From NCBI RefSeq assembly GCF_004010195.1, contig NC_057759.1, forward strand, positions 6,046,598 to 6,083,236: a DNA stretch of 36,639 bases, written 5' to 3'. A model generated the notes under the pieces. The model worked only from the letters and a program-made list of their open reading frames with translations, was not told where the DNA came from and made no database searches. This document shows positions 1 to 11,442 of the stretch, in pieces (the first letter of the stretch is position 1; each line of letters starts with the position of its first letter). Source of the stretch: Chiloscyllium plagiosum (Eukaryota). The position numbers and the translations under genes were made by a program.

Positions 1-1539
1 GAGTCAATTCATATCTGGAAATAATTGAGGCCAAATTTTATTCTTTTTTTTCCTTTCAGCGTCCAGTGGCTGAGTGAGTGAGTTTACTCTTGTGCTGCCT
101 ATCTCAGTTCATGTCTCCTGTAGAGAATAGGAAACAGCTGAGGTTCTTTAATTGTTAGTGCATGGAGGAATTACGTGCAAGTGAAAATGTAACACACCGC
201 AACAGAGAGGATTCTGTGCTGTTCTTCAGAGTCAAGGTAGGAATCTGGTATCGTGCAGAATCTAACAGGCAGTAATGTTGTAAAATGTTTGTCTTCAGGA
301 TGCCATTAGTTTTTGTTTCAGTGCATGTTGGTGTACTTTTTTGAACACTGCTGAACTAACAATCAATGTAAGCTGAATCCATTTGCAACTAAGTGACAAA
401 CCATTCAACTGCATTGGAGCTGACTGACCATGATGTTCCTGGTACAGAATTGACTATTGGCCAATGCACTTCTATTTTCTGCTGTAGACAGAACATTACC
501 CTGCTCTGTCGAGAGATGATGCACCATTAACTTGAGTTACTCTATTGCAAGGCGGAGGAAAGGAAAAGGATTTTATTTTTTGTCATGCACTGCAGAATAT
601 GTAAACTGTCACATTCAATTTATGGAATAATCAACACTCTCCTGCTCTGCTTGAAAATAAAACAAGCAGTTCTACAAACCTACCAATTTTGGCTTTTTCT
701 TCCCCCTTTCTCCACTGCTTTGAAGGGTGGTTATTATATTCCGTTGATGCATTGTGAAAATTGCAACTCGATTTCACTTTTTTTTTGTGATACATCCTTG
801 AGAGGGGAGGAGGAATGCAGAGCTCTTTGTAGATAATTGCAACTAATTTTGAAAGAAGTACATAATTATCTAAAAAAAAAGTTTCTGGTTGGAGTGAAAC
901 AGACTAAACAAAGTCTTCTACTACAATATGAAGAAATGGAGAATTATGTTGTGATAAAGATGGGGATGGCAGCTCCTCTGCTACCATGATACATTTATGC
1001 AAATAGATGCTGGCTGATCAGGATGAAAATTGTTAGCTGGTTGTTTCTGATTGGTACAGACTCAAAAGTTTTGATGGGCCTGATTCTGTGCTGTTGGCCA
1101 CTCCCTCTCTGACAAAGGATCTGTGGGTAGAAATAATTTTGAATGTAACATTTTCTGTTATTTGCAATGTCAATGGAACTGCAAGGCAGTTAGATATTGT
1201 AACGGGTGTCAGAATGGTGTATGTTTTGAAACTCATCATAAGTCACAGAGAGATAGAGACAGTGTGTGTGTGTGTTGGCGTGGTGGTGGGGGGGACGACA
1301 ATATTTGGTAATGTACCTACACATGAATCATTCTATGTCAAGCTTTGACAGAGAATGTGCATTTGGAATTCATAGTATTTGATTGCTGTGTCTACATACA
1401 TGACAAAAGATTAATTCTGTCGCTCTGAATTCCTGAGAGCTGTAAAGTTTCCTTCAAGATAAATTTGTACTCTATTTATTTTTAATATGGTTGCCCAAAG
1501 TAATCATATCAGCTATTTGCCACCTTGATTGTAACATTA

Positions 1540-2125
1540 TAAAGATTGGTGGACTTGTGGGTAGTGTAGAAGCTTGTCAAAGGATACAGCAGGATATGGC
1601 CTGAAGAAATATGGCAGATTAAGTTTAATCTGGCAAAGTGTAAGTTGCTGGACTTTGGGAGATCAAATTTTAAGTGAAGGTATACAGTAAATGGCTGGAC
1701 TGTGAAAGTCACTGGTGTACAGAAGGATCTTGGGGTTCAAGTCTCTAGCTCCCTGAAAGTGGCCATGCAAGTAGATAGGGTGATATCAAGAAGAAGGTAG
1801 GAGAAAGTGAGGACTGCAGATGCTGGAGATCAGAGCGGAAAAATGTGTTGCTGGAAAAGCGCAGGTCAGGCAGCATCAAAGGAGCAGGAAAATCGACGTT
1901 TTGGACATAAACCCTTCTTCAGGAATGAGGAGGGTGTGCCAAGCAGGCTAAGATAAAAGGTAGAGAGGACGGACTTGGGGGAGGGGCGTTGAGAATGCCC
2001 GAAACATCGATTCTAGAGGAAGGTGTCTGGCATGCCTGCCTTATTGTTTGGGGCGTTGAGTATAAAGGTCAGGATGTCATATTGCAGCTTTATATGACTT
2101 TGGTTAGATCATACTTAGAGTATTG
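1540..2125 (+). mobile_element. CR1 LINE ORF2 3' fragment, interrupted by a Penelope-derived insertion
   Basis: CR1-type motifs tggcagattaagtttaat, gatcttggggttcaagtc and ccctgaaagtggc; similar to the copies at 29-30 kb. Confidence 0.7.
1799..2012 (-). mobile_element. Penelope-like terminal-repeat remnant (family B) with a degenerate hammerhead core
   Basis: gagaaagtgaggactgcagatgctggagatc...aggtcaggcagcatc; minus strand reads cctgaagaagggtttatgtccaaaacgtcga; homologous to 35053-35270. Confidence 0.7.
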
Positions 2126-2299
2126 TGACAAAAGATTAATTCTGTCCTTCTCAGATACTGATAGCTGAAATGTTTCCTTCAATATCTGTACGCACTATGT
2201 ACTTCATATATGGTTGTTCAAACTAACAGCATCGTCTCTTTGTTCACCTCTATTGTAACATGAAAAGTATCCTTACAAAAGTTTAGAATCCATGAGAAC

Positions 2300-2768
2300 A
2301 GCCTCACTCACGTATACACACACACACACACATACGTCTATGGGGTGGATTTGCATTTGCAGAATTATATTTGCAGATATTTTGCTCAAAAAGAGCACAA
2401 TCTGCAGGCAGTCAATCCATGTAATGTTTTATATATTCCTCCTTTGGCAATAGAACCAGTCTGACTCAAGATTCAAATACAGACAGACTCTAACCTCACA
2501 ACTTTAATACATTGTTTGAGTTGAGATGTCACCCTTTTTTTAAATAAAACCTGATGTCATCTTGAGAATGTGACTTAAAAGTAGTTCTGGGATGTATATA
2601 TTAATGGACTGAAACCTGCAACCCATTCTAAAAGATGAAAGACTTAACAATCCAGATTTGTTCAATGTATCATTTCAGTTGCATGACACTGTAATCTTTC
2701 GCTATAAATTCTGTGTCTCATGATCCTGTTTCACAGCTACCTGAAGGAGCAGTGCTCTAAAAGCTAGT
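2300..2768 (+). mobile_element. Probable Penelope-like 3' region, from a (CA)n tract to a degenerate family A hammerhead-like motif
   Basis: Ends cctgaaggagcagtgctctaaaagctagt, matching cctgatgaaggagc...cgaaagctagt at 31957-31988. Confidence 0.5.
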
Positions 2769-2769
2769 C

Positions 2770-2945
2770 AGGATGGAGGCAGATACTATGAAGGTATTGA
2801 AGGGACTTGAAAATAAGCAAATGAATATGCAAGAAATGGAGGGGTATGGACCAAGGGTAGGCAGAAGGGATTAATTCCATTTGGCATCATATTCGGCACA
2901 ACATCATGGGCTGAAGGACTCATTCCTGTGCTGTACTGTTCGATG
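2770..2945 (+). mobile_element. CR1 LINE 3' end fragment
   Basis: Tail gggctgaaggactcattcctgtgctgtactgttc resembles the other CR1 3' ends in the window. Confidence 0.6.
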
Positions 2946-3979
2946 TTCAGATTTAATGCAGTGTATATTTCGGATGAGGATTCATTCACGTTAATTGGAA
3001 CTGCGTAGCATGCATTGAGAATATAGATTAAAAAAATATAAACTTTTATTTCTTTGGTGGTGTTTGACTCTTGGTTTGAACATGTCTCGCTGGAAATGGA
3101 GCTCAATGTGAACCTGACTCAATCCACTCTGTGACTGTGGAAAGGATGTTCTTCGCTGTGACAGCAGTAACATACCTGCTGTTTGTTTGAAGCAGCTGGT
3201 CACACTTGGCTCTGTACCGAGGGAATATTACATTGTCTTGGTCCTTTGAGTACTTGCCTGGAGGAAGTCAGAAGAGATACCTCCTGTAAATCAACATCAG
3301 TTGTGATTGGCAACATCAATGTAACATTCAGTTAATCATCATTAGGATTTGTTGTTTAAAGCCTGAGATTTAAACAGAACCACAGGTCTGATTCCACTCC
3401 TGCTCGGAGCTGCTCTTTGTCCATTTTTTTCTTAAAATTCTAACACCAGTTGAGTGAGATTCAGAAACTAAACAATACCCATACAGCTCCATGAATGGGG
3501 CCATCTGATGCAAGTGGGTATGTGGATATGTGAGTTTAGTTATTGATCTATGCCTGTCAATGTGTGGTGAATGTGTGGGTGTAGTTATCAAACTGCAACT
3601 TTCAGTATATGGTAAATATATTTACATATTCACACAGCAGGGACTGGTCTGGTCTCATTGATAGCTGAAGAATCATAAAAATAGTACAGCATCGGTGGGG
3701 CTGGGCATTCAGCCCATCTTTTCCATGCCAACGCCAACACACCCAGGTGCCCTTTCTCATCCCATTTTCCTGCCACAGCCCGTAACCTTGCAGTTTACAA
3801 CACTTGAGATGCAGTTCCAGGGAATTTTTGTTTTAAAAAAATGTAAGGTCTCTGCCTGCACCTCCAAATCAGGCAGTGAATTCCAGATACCCACCACTCT
3901 CTACATAAAAAACACATTTTTGAACTCACTGTCAAAGGAAACAGGTTCCTCCTGTCTAATGTCTCCCTCCCACTAGTTA

Positions 3980-4060
3980 GTTAAAAATCACTCAACACCA
4001 GGTTATAGTTCAACAGGTTTATTTGGAAGTGCACACTTTGAGTGCTGCTCCTTCAGGTAG
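3980..4060. mobile_element. Penelope-like terminal-repeat remnant (family A)
   Basis: gttaaaaatcactcaacaccaggttatagttcaacaggtttatttggaag matches 31849-31899. Confidence 0.75.
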
Positions 4061-4074
4061 CTCACTCAATAGTA

Positions 4075-4297
4075 CTGTAGACACCCCCACCCCCATGGGG
4101 GTTACGTTCCAGGACCTATGGCGGAAGCTCAAAACTGTAGATAGATACGAACCCATTAATTTAAATGGGAAATATTCCTTCCCAGCAGCCTCCTGGATGC
4201 TGGCTCTGGAACATTCCCTTTCATATGTTCAGATCACGGTAAACCGTGGTTAAGTGAAACCACGACAACTGGACCCACGGGTACGGGGGTCACGCTG
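4075..4297. mobile_element. TcMar/Tigger-like MITE
   Basis: Flanked by TA (4073-4074, 4298-4299); imperfect TIRs ctgtagacaccccc...gggggtcacgctg; subterminal gggggttacgttccaggacc resembles Tigger/MER2-type ends. Confidence 0.6.
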
Positions 4298-4569
4298 TAT
4301 TCCCTAATCATGGCACCTCTGTTCCAAGGAATACAACCCAAACCTCTCCAATGTCTCCTGATAGCTACAATTCACCAGCCCTGGCAACATTCTAGTAAAT
4401 CTCCTCTGCACTCTCCCCAGCGCAATGACAATATTCCTGTTGTAGCCACCAGTGCCTCATACAGTTTCATTATTATTTCTCTATTTTTGTATTCACCCCT
4501 CTGCCAATGAGGGAGAGCATTACATGTGCCTTCTTTACAGTCCTTTCTATCTTAAGGGACCTGTGCATT

Positions 4570-4680
4570 TGCATGCTGAAGATCAGAGACGAGAGTTCGG
4601 GGCTGAAAAAGCACTACAGGTCAGGCAGCATCTGAGGAGGAGGAGAATCAACGTTTTGGGCATCAGCCCTTCATCAGGAA
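4570..4680 (-). mobile_element. Penelope-like terminal-repeat remnant (family B) with hammerhead-like core (GAAA changed to AAAA)
   Basis: Minus strand cctgatgaagggctgatgcccaaaacgttgattctcc. Confidence 0.65.
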
Positions 4681-4689
4681 ACAATGCTT

Positions 4690-6300
4690 GGGATAGCAAT
4701 GGCCCTTTGAGTCATCAAGAGTTTTCAGGGGGTGGAAGACGTGACTTCAGATTTTTGCAAAAAAGTGATTAAAAGTGCCTCTTCCACGAGGAAAAGGGCG
4801 ATAATTACAGTAATTGCTCAATGCTTAAATTTGCTGGAAATGCCATCAGAATCTTTAGGGATTGCTAACATTCAATTGAAAATGAAACAACTCGAGTTAG
4901 AAGCAAAAGTCAAGGAAAGGGCAACCGAAACAAAACAGTTTGAATTACGATTAAAAGCAGAAGAGAGAAAGAAGAGAGAGAAAAGGAAGGAGAGGAAAGG
5001 AAGAAAGACGGAGCTTGAACTTTGGAAATTGGCACTTAGACAGGAGTTCAAAAATTCACTTCCTGAAGTAATGAGAACTCGTGCAAGAGCAGAGAGTTAA
5101 AACATCAAGACTGGCATCAGAAATGGCTGATGATTGAGTTGATCAATAAATCAAAATTGGGCTGCCAAAATCAATTTCAATCCACGAGGGATAATAATTG
5201 TGGGTAAGATAAATTCTCACATGGAAAGGAAAAAGTTGATCTCCGTAAAGATCATAAGGATGATTTACTACAGGGTGAAAAGGAAACCCTTGAAGGGGAA
5301 AGAGAAGTGAAACAGCTCTGGTGTTTTCAATAAAGTAAGCCACATGAAATCATTGTTGATGGGTGAAGAAAAGCAGCGAGAAGCCAGAAGTCAGGATAAA
5401 TCAGTGAATTTTGTTGGAGCGGTAACAGAGAGCACTGTGGAGACTAGAAAGCTGCACCAGAATGTACAAGCTGGTCGGAGGTTGTTTATGGAGGAAGTGC
5501 CAGATCTTCTTAAACCATACACCGTGAAGGTGAAGTTTACTCGCATAGGCCTGGAGCATCAGGTAAAGAGGTAACAATATTCAGAGACACAAGGATCCTC
5601 TCAATCTGTGATGCTAAAAGATGAGGATATATGTACCTCTGAAGGACTATTGCCAGAAAAGGTATGAGTAATGGGAATTCACATTGACATAAGAAATGCT
5701 CAATTGTAAGAAGTGAGGTTAGAGTGTCGAGTGAAGAGGGGAGAAGTCATAGTAGGAGTAATGGACAAACTTTCAGCTTTGGGAATACAATTTGTCCTTG
5801 TTAATGATGTTGCTGATTCACTGGTGGGAGTGCCGATTGTGGTTGCAAAGTCAATGGAAATTCAGGCAACTGAACTATTGCAGGACACATATCCTGGGAT
5901 GTTTCCTGACTGTGTGGTAACGAGGTCACAAAGTCACCAGTTGAAACAGGAAAGATCAAAGAGTACAGATAAGAAAGTTGAAGGGAAATTAGCAGAGACC
6001 CTGTTTGATCAGATGGCTGAGACAAACCAGGAACAGATAGATGACAAAGCGGACATCTTTAGCTCAGGTAAATTAACTGAGTTACAGCAGAAAGTTGAAA
6101 ATTTAAAGCAATTGTATCAAAAGGCAAACACAAAACAAATCCAAATGTATCCCTGATTGTTATCTTAAAAATGATGTCTTAATGAGGAAATAGAGACCAT
6201 CAAAAATCAGGCAGATGAGAAATGGGCAGATGTTTATCAAGTTGTATTGCCAGTGGGTTATAGAAAGGACGTGTTGCGAGTAGCACATGAGCTACCTGTA
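4690..6300 (+). mobile_element. Decayed Gypsy LTR retrotransposon internal region (Gmr1-like): gag, zinc knuckle, protease, start of integrase
   Basis: Coiled-coil-like ORF 4732-5100; knuckle remnant near 5320-5360; protease-like IFRDT...SSQSVML near 5575-5615; CVVTRSQ; YQVVLPVGYRKDVLRVAHELP near 6235-6298; several frameshifts and stops. Confidence 0.75.
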
Positions 6301-6419
6301 TAGATTGTCTGTTTGGAATTCACATTATTTAATTGTCATCTCTATATGTGACAACTTTTCATTAAAGGATTAATTCTGTCCTTATCAGTCACACACAAAC
6401 TCCATGTAATTATGCTTCA

Positions 6420-6590
6420 TCCCGGTTGGAGAATTTGAGCTGTAGGCAGAGGCTGAACAGGCTGGAACTGTTTTCCCTGGAGAGTGAACTTATAGAAGTT
6501 TATAAAATCATAAAGCACATGGAGAAGTGGTGGGGCCTGGTAAAATTACAACATTTCAAAGGCATCTGAGTGGATATAATGAGAAAGCCT
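6420..6590 (+). mobile_element. CR1 LINE 3' fragment
   Basis: gaggctgaacaggctggaactgttttccctggag...cttatagaagtttataaaatcat. Confidence 0.65.
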
Positions 6591-6948
6591 TAAAGCTTGT
6601 CCTTAAATATTTAGACTAAATGTAATGTTGAATTATAGAACACAAGAAAATAAACAGGGCAGGCAGAGAGGCATCAGGCCTCAAAAAGGGGAACCTAGGA
6701 TGTGCAGAAGATAAAAAACATCTGTTCTCACCAAGTGATAACAGGATGCTCAAAAGCAATTAAGAACATTTGCCCTAACGTCAATGAATCTGTGTAAAAA
6801 AGGACACAGTGATAACATTCACAGTTGTTAACGTAATAAATTAATGACAGTGTTTGATTGTGATCTCGGAAACTTTGTATCATCTCAGAAGCATGTCAAA
6901 GGCCTTGTAATAAACGGTCAGGTGCTATCAATTATAATGGATTCTTAT

Positions 6949-6997
6949 TGTGTGTGAGTGTGAGTGTGAGTGTGAGTGAGAGAGAGAGAGAGAGAGA
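6949..6997. repeat. Compound microsatellite (GTGTGA)n(GA)n
   Basis: Directly visible. Confidence 0.9.
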
Positions 6998-7954
6998 CAT
7001 GGATGTTTTGAATGTATTTGCATTTTGGGACTTTATGATGATTTTGAGTAGCCATTGTTGATTATGAAATGCAAACTCTAAAATGTAATATTGATGAAGT
7101 TTTAACTTACTTGGTGTTTTTACACGCCATGACTGCCCACTGTCAATTCTAACTCGTCAGATCTTCTGTCTTTGAATTTGAATCACAATCCTGAAAAGAA
7201 AGCGTATTTAATTTGAGACTAATGAATCATTTAAAATTTAAACTTTCAGACTCAGGCACAGAATTATTTTGTGTTTAAGATAAAAAGCAGGAGGCTGCTC
7301 CGACATTGAAGAGATTCTGACACAATCCATCAGGAAGCCATTTTATGGTCAAAGCTTACCCTCCTCAATAAGATGCCATTTTATAAAACAGTGATATCTG
7401 ACATGCAAGCTGTGCAAGGTTACCTTATGACCGCTCCCACTTAGTTTAGACTGATACCTCTTTATGACAGGGACTTACCTCACCAACAGGCACTGACTCA
7501 GTTGAATCTGTTTTTCCCACCTGATGGATGGCTGAGGGCCTACAGGAGCGATCAGTTAAGTGCACACAGACCTGTTAATTAACTTCTCTTCCTTATGAAT
7601 TATTGCCTTTCCACTGTCTGTCTAATTAAGAACATGCAGTGTTTGTTGTAAAAGTTTGGAAAAAGGAAGCCTGTTTGAGGCAGAATAGTGGAGTCACCTG
7701 TGAGGGCTTTTAAAGGAAGATCCTACTTTTCTAAGGTTTTAGAACCTCTGCTAGCCTGGCTTATAGGTGTCAATGTTACGTTCTAACAGTGATGCTATTG
7801 GTAAATAAAGGGGAAGGCTAAAATTAAACTAAACTGTTTGTAAGAGGTTTTTATTCCAGACTACCAAAGTGTATGGTCTCGAGGAAGAACCAAGAGAGGC
7901 ATATAGATCGGAGTCCACAAGGGATTCCCTGGGCTGTCTCAAATCTATACTTTA

Positions 7955-8098
7955 ACAATATGAACAGGAAGGGTTTAGAGAGAGATGGGCTAAGTGCTGC
8001 CAAATGGAACTAGATTAGGTTAGGATATCTGGTTGGCATGGACAAGTTGGACTGAAGGGTCTGTTTCCATGTGATACGTTTGTATGACTCAATGACTC
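7955..8098 (+). mobile_element. CR1 LINE 3' UTR/tail
   Basis: atgaacaggaagggtttagag...gaagggtctgtttccatg...atgactcaatgactc; similar to 29640-29770. Confidence 0.75.
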
Positions 8099-8350
8099 TT
8101 CGGTAACTCTTGCCCTGTCGGTAAGCACATTTTCCTTCCATCTCAGTACTTAACCCCTCCTTTATGGATGGTTGTTGAAATGATGCAACAATGTGACCTA
8201 ATTGTCTATCTTCATTGTAATGTTGAAAATGCTCTGAATAACTGCAGATTTTAATGCAGTTCCTGAATGTCTATTTTGGATGAGGATTCAATTTATCTAT
8301 CTTCAACACCGGTGCGTAAACGTCAATGGGCTACATACCTTCCATTTGTT

Positions 8351-8519
8351 GTAGTTCTGTTCGCCGAGCTGGCAGTTTTTGTTGCTCCCTGGCTAGGCTC
8401 CCAAGCACTGATGATGTCGCCTAGCCAGGGGACGAAACGTTTGTAACAAAAACTTCCAGCTCGGCGAACAGAACCACAACAACAAGCACCCGAGCTACAA
8501 ATCTTCACACAAACTTTGA
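8351..8519 (+). mobile_element. Short Penelope-like insertion (family C) with inverted repeats and a hammerhead core
   Basis: 16-bp TSD ataccttccatttgtt (8335-8350, 8520-8535); arms gttctgttcgccgagctgg / ccagctcggcgaacagaac; CTGATGA at 8408-8414 and GAAAC at 8434-8438. Confidence 0.8.
8408..8441 (+). ncRNA. Minimal hammerhead ribozyme motif (family C)
   Basis: CTGATGA-T-GTCGCCT-agcc-AGGGGAC-GAAACGTT; stem II has one mismatch. Confidence 0.55.
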
Positions 8520-8742
8520 ATACCTTCCATTTGTTTGAGGCAGCTGGTCACTCTGCTTTGAACTAAGTATTACAGCGTCTTAGTCCCTCAGGTGTTTTTC
8601 TGGAGGAAGACACAGGGACACCACCTGTAAGTCAACATGAGGCTAGTCTGGCAATTTTGAACTGATCAATGTCACATTCATTCCTGGGCTGCTCCTTGTC
8701 TGGGGTTTGTGTTTGTTTTTCACGTGATTCGATACCAATTGA

Positions 8743-8853
8743 TTTGGAGATGCCGGTGTTGGACTGGGGTGGACAATGTTAAAATCACACAACATGAAGT
8801 GCTTCGAAATAAACCTGTTGGACTATAATCTGGTATTGTGCTATTGTTAACTT
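8743..8853. mobile_element. Penelope-like family A palindromic remnant with deleted centre
   Basis: 12-bp TSD gataccaattga (8731-8742, 8854-8865); ggagatgccggtgttggactggggtg and aataaacctgttggactataa as in 31818-32072. Confidence 0.75.
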
Positions 8854-10619
8854 GATACCAATTGAGTGGGATCCAGAAACTGAGTAACAACCGCCCAGCA
8901 CCATGAATGGGAATACTCAGTCACCAGGATGTTCAATATCCAACTCCCCAAATACCTGTTGGAAAGAGGAAAAACGGCGCTATTTCTAATGTTTTTACCA
9001 AGACTCCAGTGTATGTCCTTTTCCAAGAGTATCACATTCCTACAGTTGGTCCACACAACCTCAAGGAACAGCGGGAAAACAGAATTAAATTAAAACAGGG
9101 TTCAGAGGATTGCAAACCACAAAAATATCCCATAGCAGCTTCTTTCGCTCCGCCTCCCTCAGCAGGCCCACACACAGCCCGAGAAAGGCCTCTCTCTTCC
9201 CCCCAGCCCGCTCACTCCAAGTTCCGGGACCAGTTCCTGCTCCGCTCGGCCTCTTACAAACAGCCCCCGGTTCTCCCTGAACTCACCCCGAATCAATCCC
9301 GGTCTCGGAGCCCCTCTGTGTCCCAGGCTCCCATCCCGATGTGCTGCTGGAAGGAGCCTGCTGTTCCCTCACTTCCCTGGGCACTGATCTCTCCATTGCG
9401 GTCTGTTTCAAACAAACCTCTTGCACTCACTGAGTAAATACTCCTCAATGGCAGCGCTGGGGGAGGGCCTCTCGTTAGGAACAGTCAGCTTTGGGGAGAA
9501 AAGGTTCAGTCCCAGATACAGTTGGGGCTGGAGTGAGCTTTTCCACCATCACTCTAATCCAGAAGTACGCTCTGAAACGGCAGAGCCGCACTCTCTATGG
9601 ATTCGGCGGCTGAGGATAAAGCGACCCTTTTCCAGCGAACCCAAAGGCCACCCAAACCCTCCGACAGAGAGCGGAGACCTGAGGATGGGAAGGTAGCGCA
9701 TACGGAGAGCAGAGTGTAATGTTGCCAGTTATTTCACATATATCGCGATTTTAAAATCATTTCGATTCCAAAAATGTACTAATACCGTGTTTTGAGGTAC
9801 GGCAGAGAACATTCAGAGTGGTCGGTTCACTTTGTTGCTGTTTACCGTGGCCAATGATTTTAAATTTGCAAGTATTCCTACACTATAGATAAGCAGCTAT
9901 TCGGCCAATCGAGACTCTACTGTTCTGCAACTTGGTCAGCCCCTGTAAAGAATCGCGTCGTCATTTGTAATTGTAACATGTCGCAACAGTATTAGGTCAT
10001 TCTGCCCATCCAGTTTGTTCTGCCATTCGATCATTGCTGACATTTCTCAAACTTACTCTTCTGTCTGTTCCCCGTAACCTTCGTTCCTCTTTCTCGTGAA
10101 TACCTGTCTAGCTCAGTAATAATACCAATGCGTACTTGGCTGTCCATGTCATGAGTAGTAATTAGTAAAAACTTATTTTGGAATCCAGACATTAATGTTA
10201 CATATTGCAGTATCCATAATTCCGAGACATGATCTTCGGCTCAGTTTTGTTTCTGGGAGCCTGCGGATATGTTGTAATGCTCGTTCTTTCCATCTGCCTG
10301 TTCGGGGAGTGATTACAAATAGTCTTCGGGCAAGTAATAACCTGGATGAAATAAAAACGTGGTTCTGTAATTTGATCCGTGTACACTGTATTAACTTTTA
10401 AGGTGTTTCAATCGGCGGGCTTTCGATTGATTCACGGCGGATACGAGTCCGTTTGCTCATCCAGAGAGACATTAGTATTTCTATCGGAAGTTAGCGTTTC
10501 TATTGGCAGTGAATTTGCAACTTATGAATCTTCATTCAGGGATTGCGGTATGTATGAAAATATAGTAATAAGAAGTGTGATTTTATCATCAACTCTTAAT
10601 ATTGCGTTAGTTATTTCTG

Positions 10620-10748
10620 GAAAAACCCCATCTCCTCATTGACTCCCTTTGTGCTGAGGTGGAGGCAGGAGAGAAAGGGAAAAAAATAGCGCCAAGAGAT
10701 CAACGGTTCATTTTCAAATTTGAAAATGCCCGCCATCACGTATAAAAG
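10620..10748 (-). promoter_or_regulatory. Orphan paralogous copy of the H2A upstream promoter segment
   Basis: gcgccaa...atcaac...tttcaaatttgaaaa(t)gcccgcca is colinear with 11835-11938. Confidence 0.55.
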
Positions 10749-11333
10749 AGCAGAACGTTTCACAGAGGAGAATGCATGAGCACGTACACGTTGATTGCTT
10801 TTTCGATTACGAAATTAAAGTTCAGACAATTCACTTCACCCCATTCCCGCCTTTACAGCTGAGAAATGCGTCACTGGTGTTCAATCTGTTCTCTCTCTCT
10901 CCAGAGGCAGGGGATAAAAGACTGAATATGAACCGAGCAGAGAATAAAGCGCACAGGCTCAGGGACCGTTCCTTACTGTATTCTGCAGCGACTGGCTCGT
11001 TACTGCACTGGGTCAGACCAGCTCTGAAAGGCATTGTGAATGTAATGTGAGGTCAAACCCGATCGGGATTGACGTCCGTACCGCCATTCTAAACTCACAG
11101 GATATGGTAACTAAAAACAGAGCTCATTCAGGCAATAAGAAATCCTGTAGTTCAGGACATTCGTACTATTGCATTTTATAATAAACTCTTCCTCTGCTCC
11201 CAGACTGTAACATATCCAAATAAATGGAGCGTGGAATTCACTGATGTCCGGATCAAAGGCGAAAGCTCTCCCCATTAAGAGGAAAATAATCAATCTGACA
11301 GCGAGTTTAGCCCCTTTCACAGATGCTGTGAGT

Positions 11334-11349
11334 GGCTCTTAAAAGAGCC
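11334..11349 (-). terminator. Second (duplicated) histone 3' stem-loop, followed by HDE-like GAAAGGGGCT
   Basis: Minus strand CCCAAAGGCTCTTTTAAGAGCCACTCA. Confidence 0.9.
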
Positions 11350-11442
11350 TTTGGGTTGTCAAATTTAAGGCGAGGGTTCTCCACATTAAAGGGAAAATAA
11401 TCAATCCGACAGAGTTTAGCCCTTTTCACAGACGCTGTGAGT

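Larger units (their letters stand above)
1401..2260. repeat. Diverged direct duplication of ~135 bp (1401-1537 and 2126-2260) flanking a CR1 fragment
   Basis: Both copies begin tgacaaaagattaattctgtc and end attgtaacat. Confidence 0.7.
3665..4445 (-). mobile_element. CR1 LINE 3' fragment with nested Penelope remnant and MITE
   Basis: Minus-strand CR1 tail motifs (agaatcata...tacagcatc, caggcagtgaattccaga, ctggcaacattctagtaaatctc). Confidence 0.55.

Noticed and set aside
6590..7950. Possible LTR/ERV remnant (also 20130-20495)
   Set aside because: No paired LTR, primer-binding site or protein motif I can support from the sequence
8907..9437. 176-aa Pro/Ser-rich ORF
   Set aside because: No recognisable domain; explained by the low stop-codon density of a C-rich tract
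11241..11268. Hammerhead look-alike ctgatgtccggatcaaaggcgaaagctc next to the H2A 3' duplication
   Set aside because: Core reads CTGATGT rather than CTGATGA, stem II is poor, and no Penelope flanks are present
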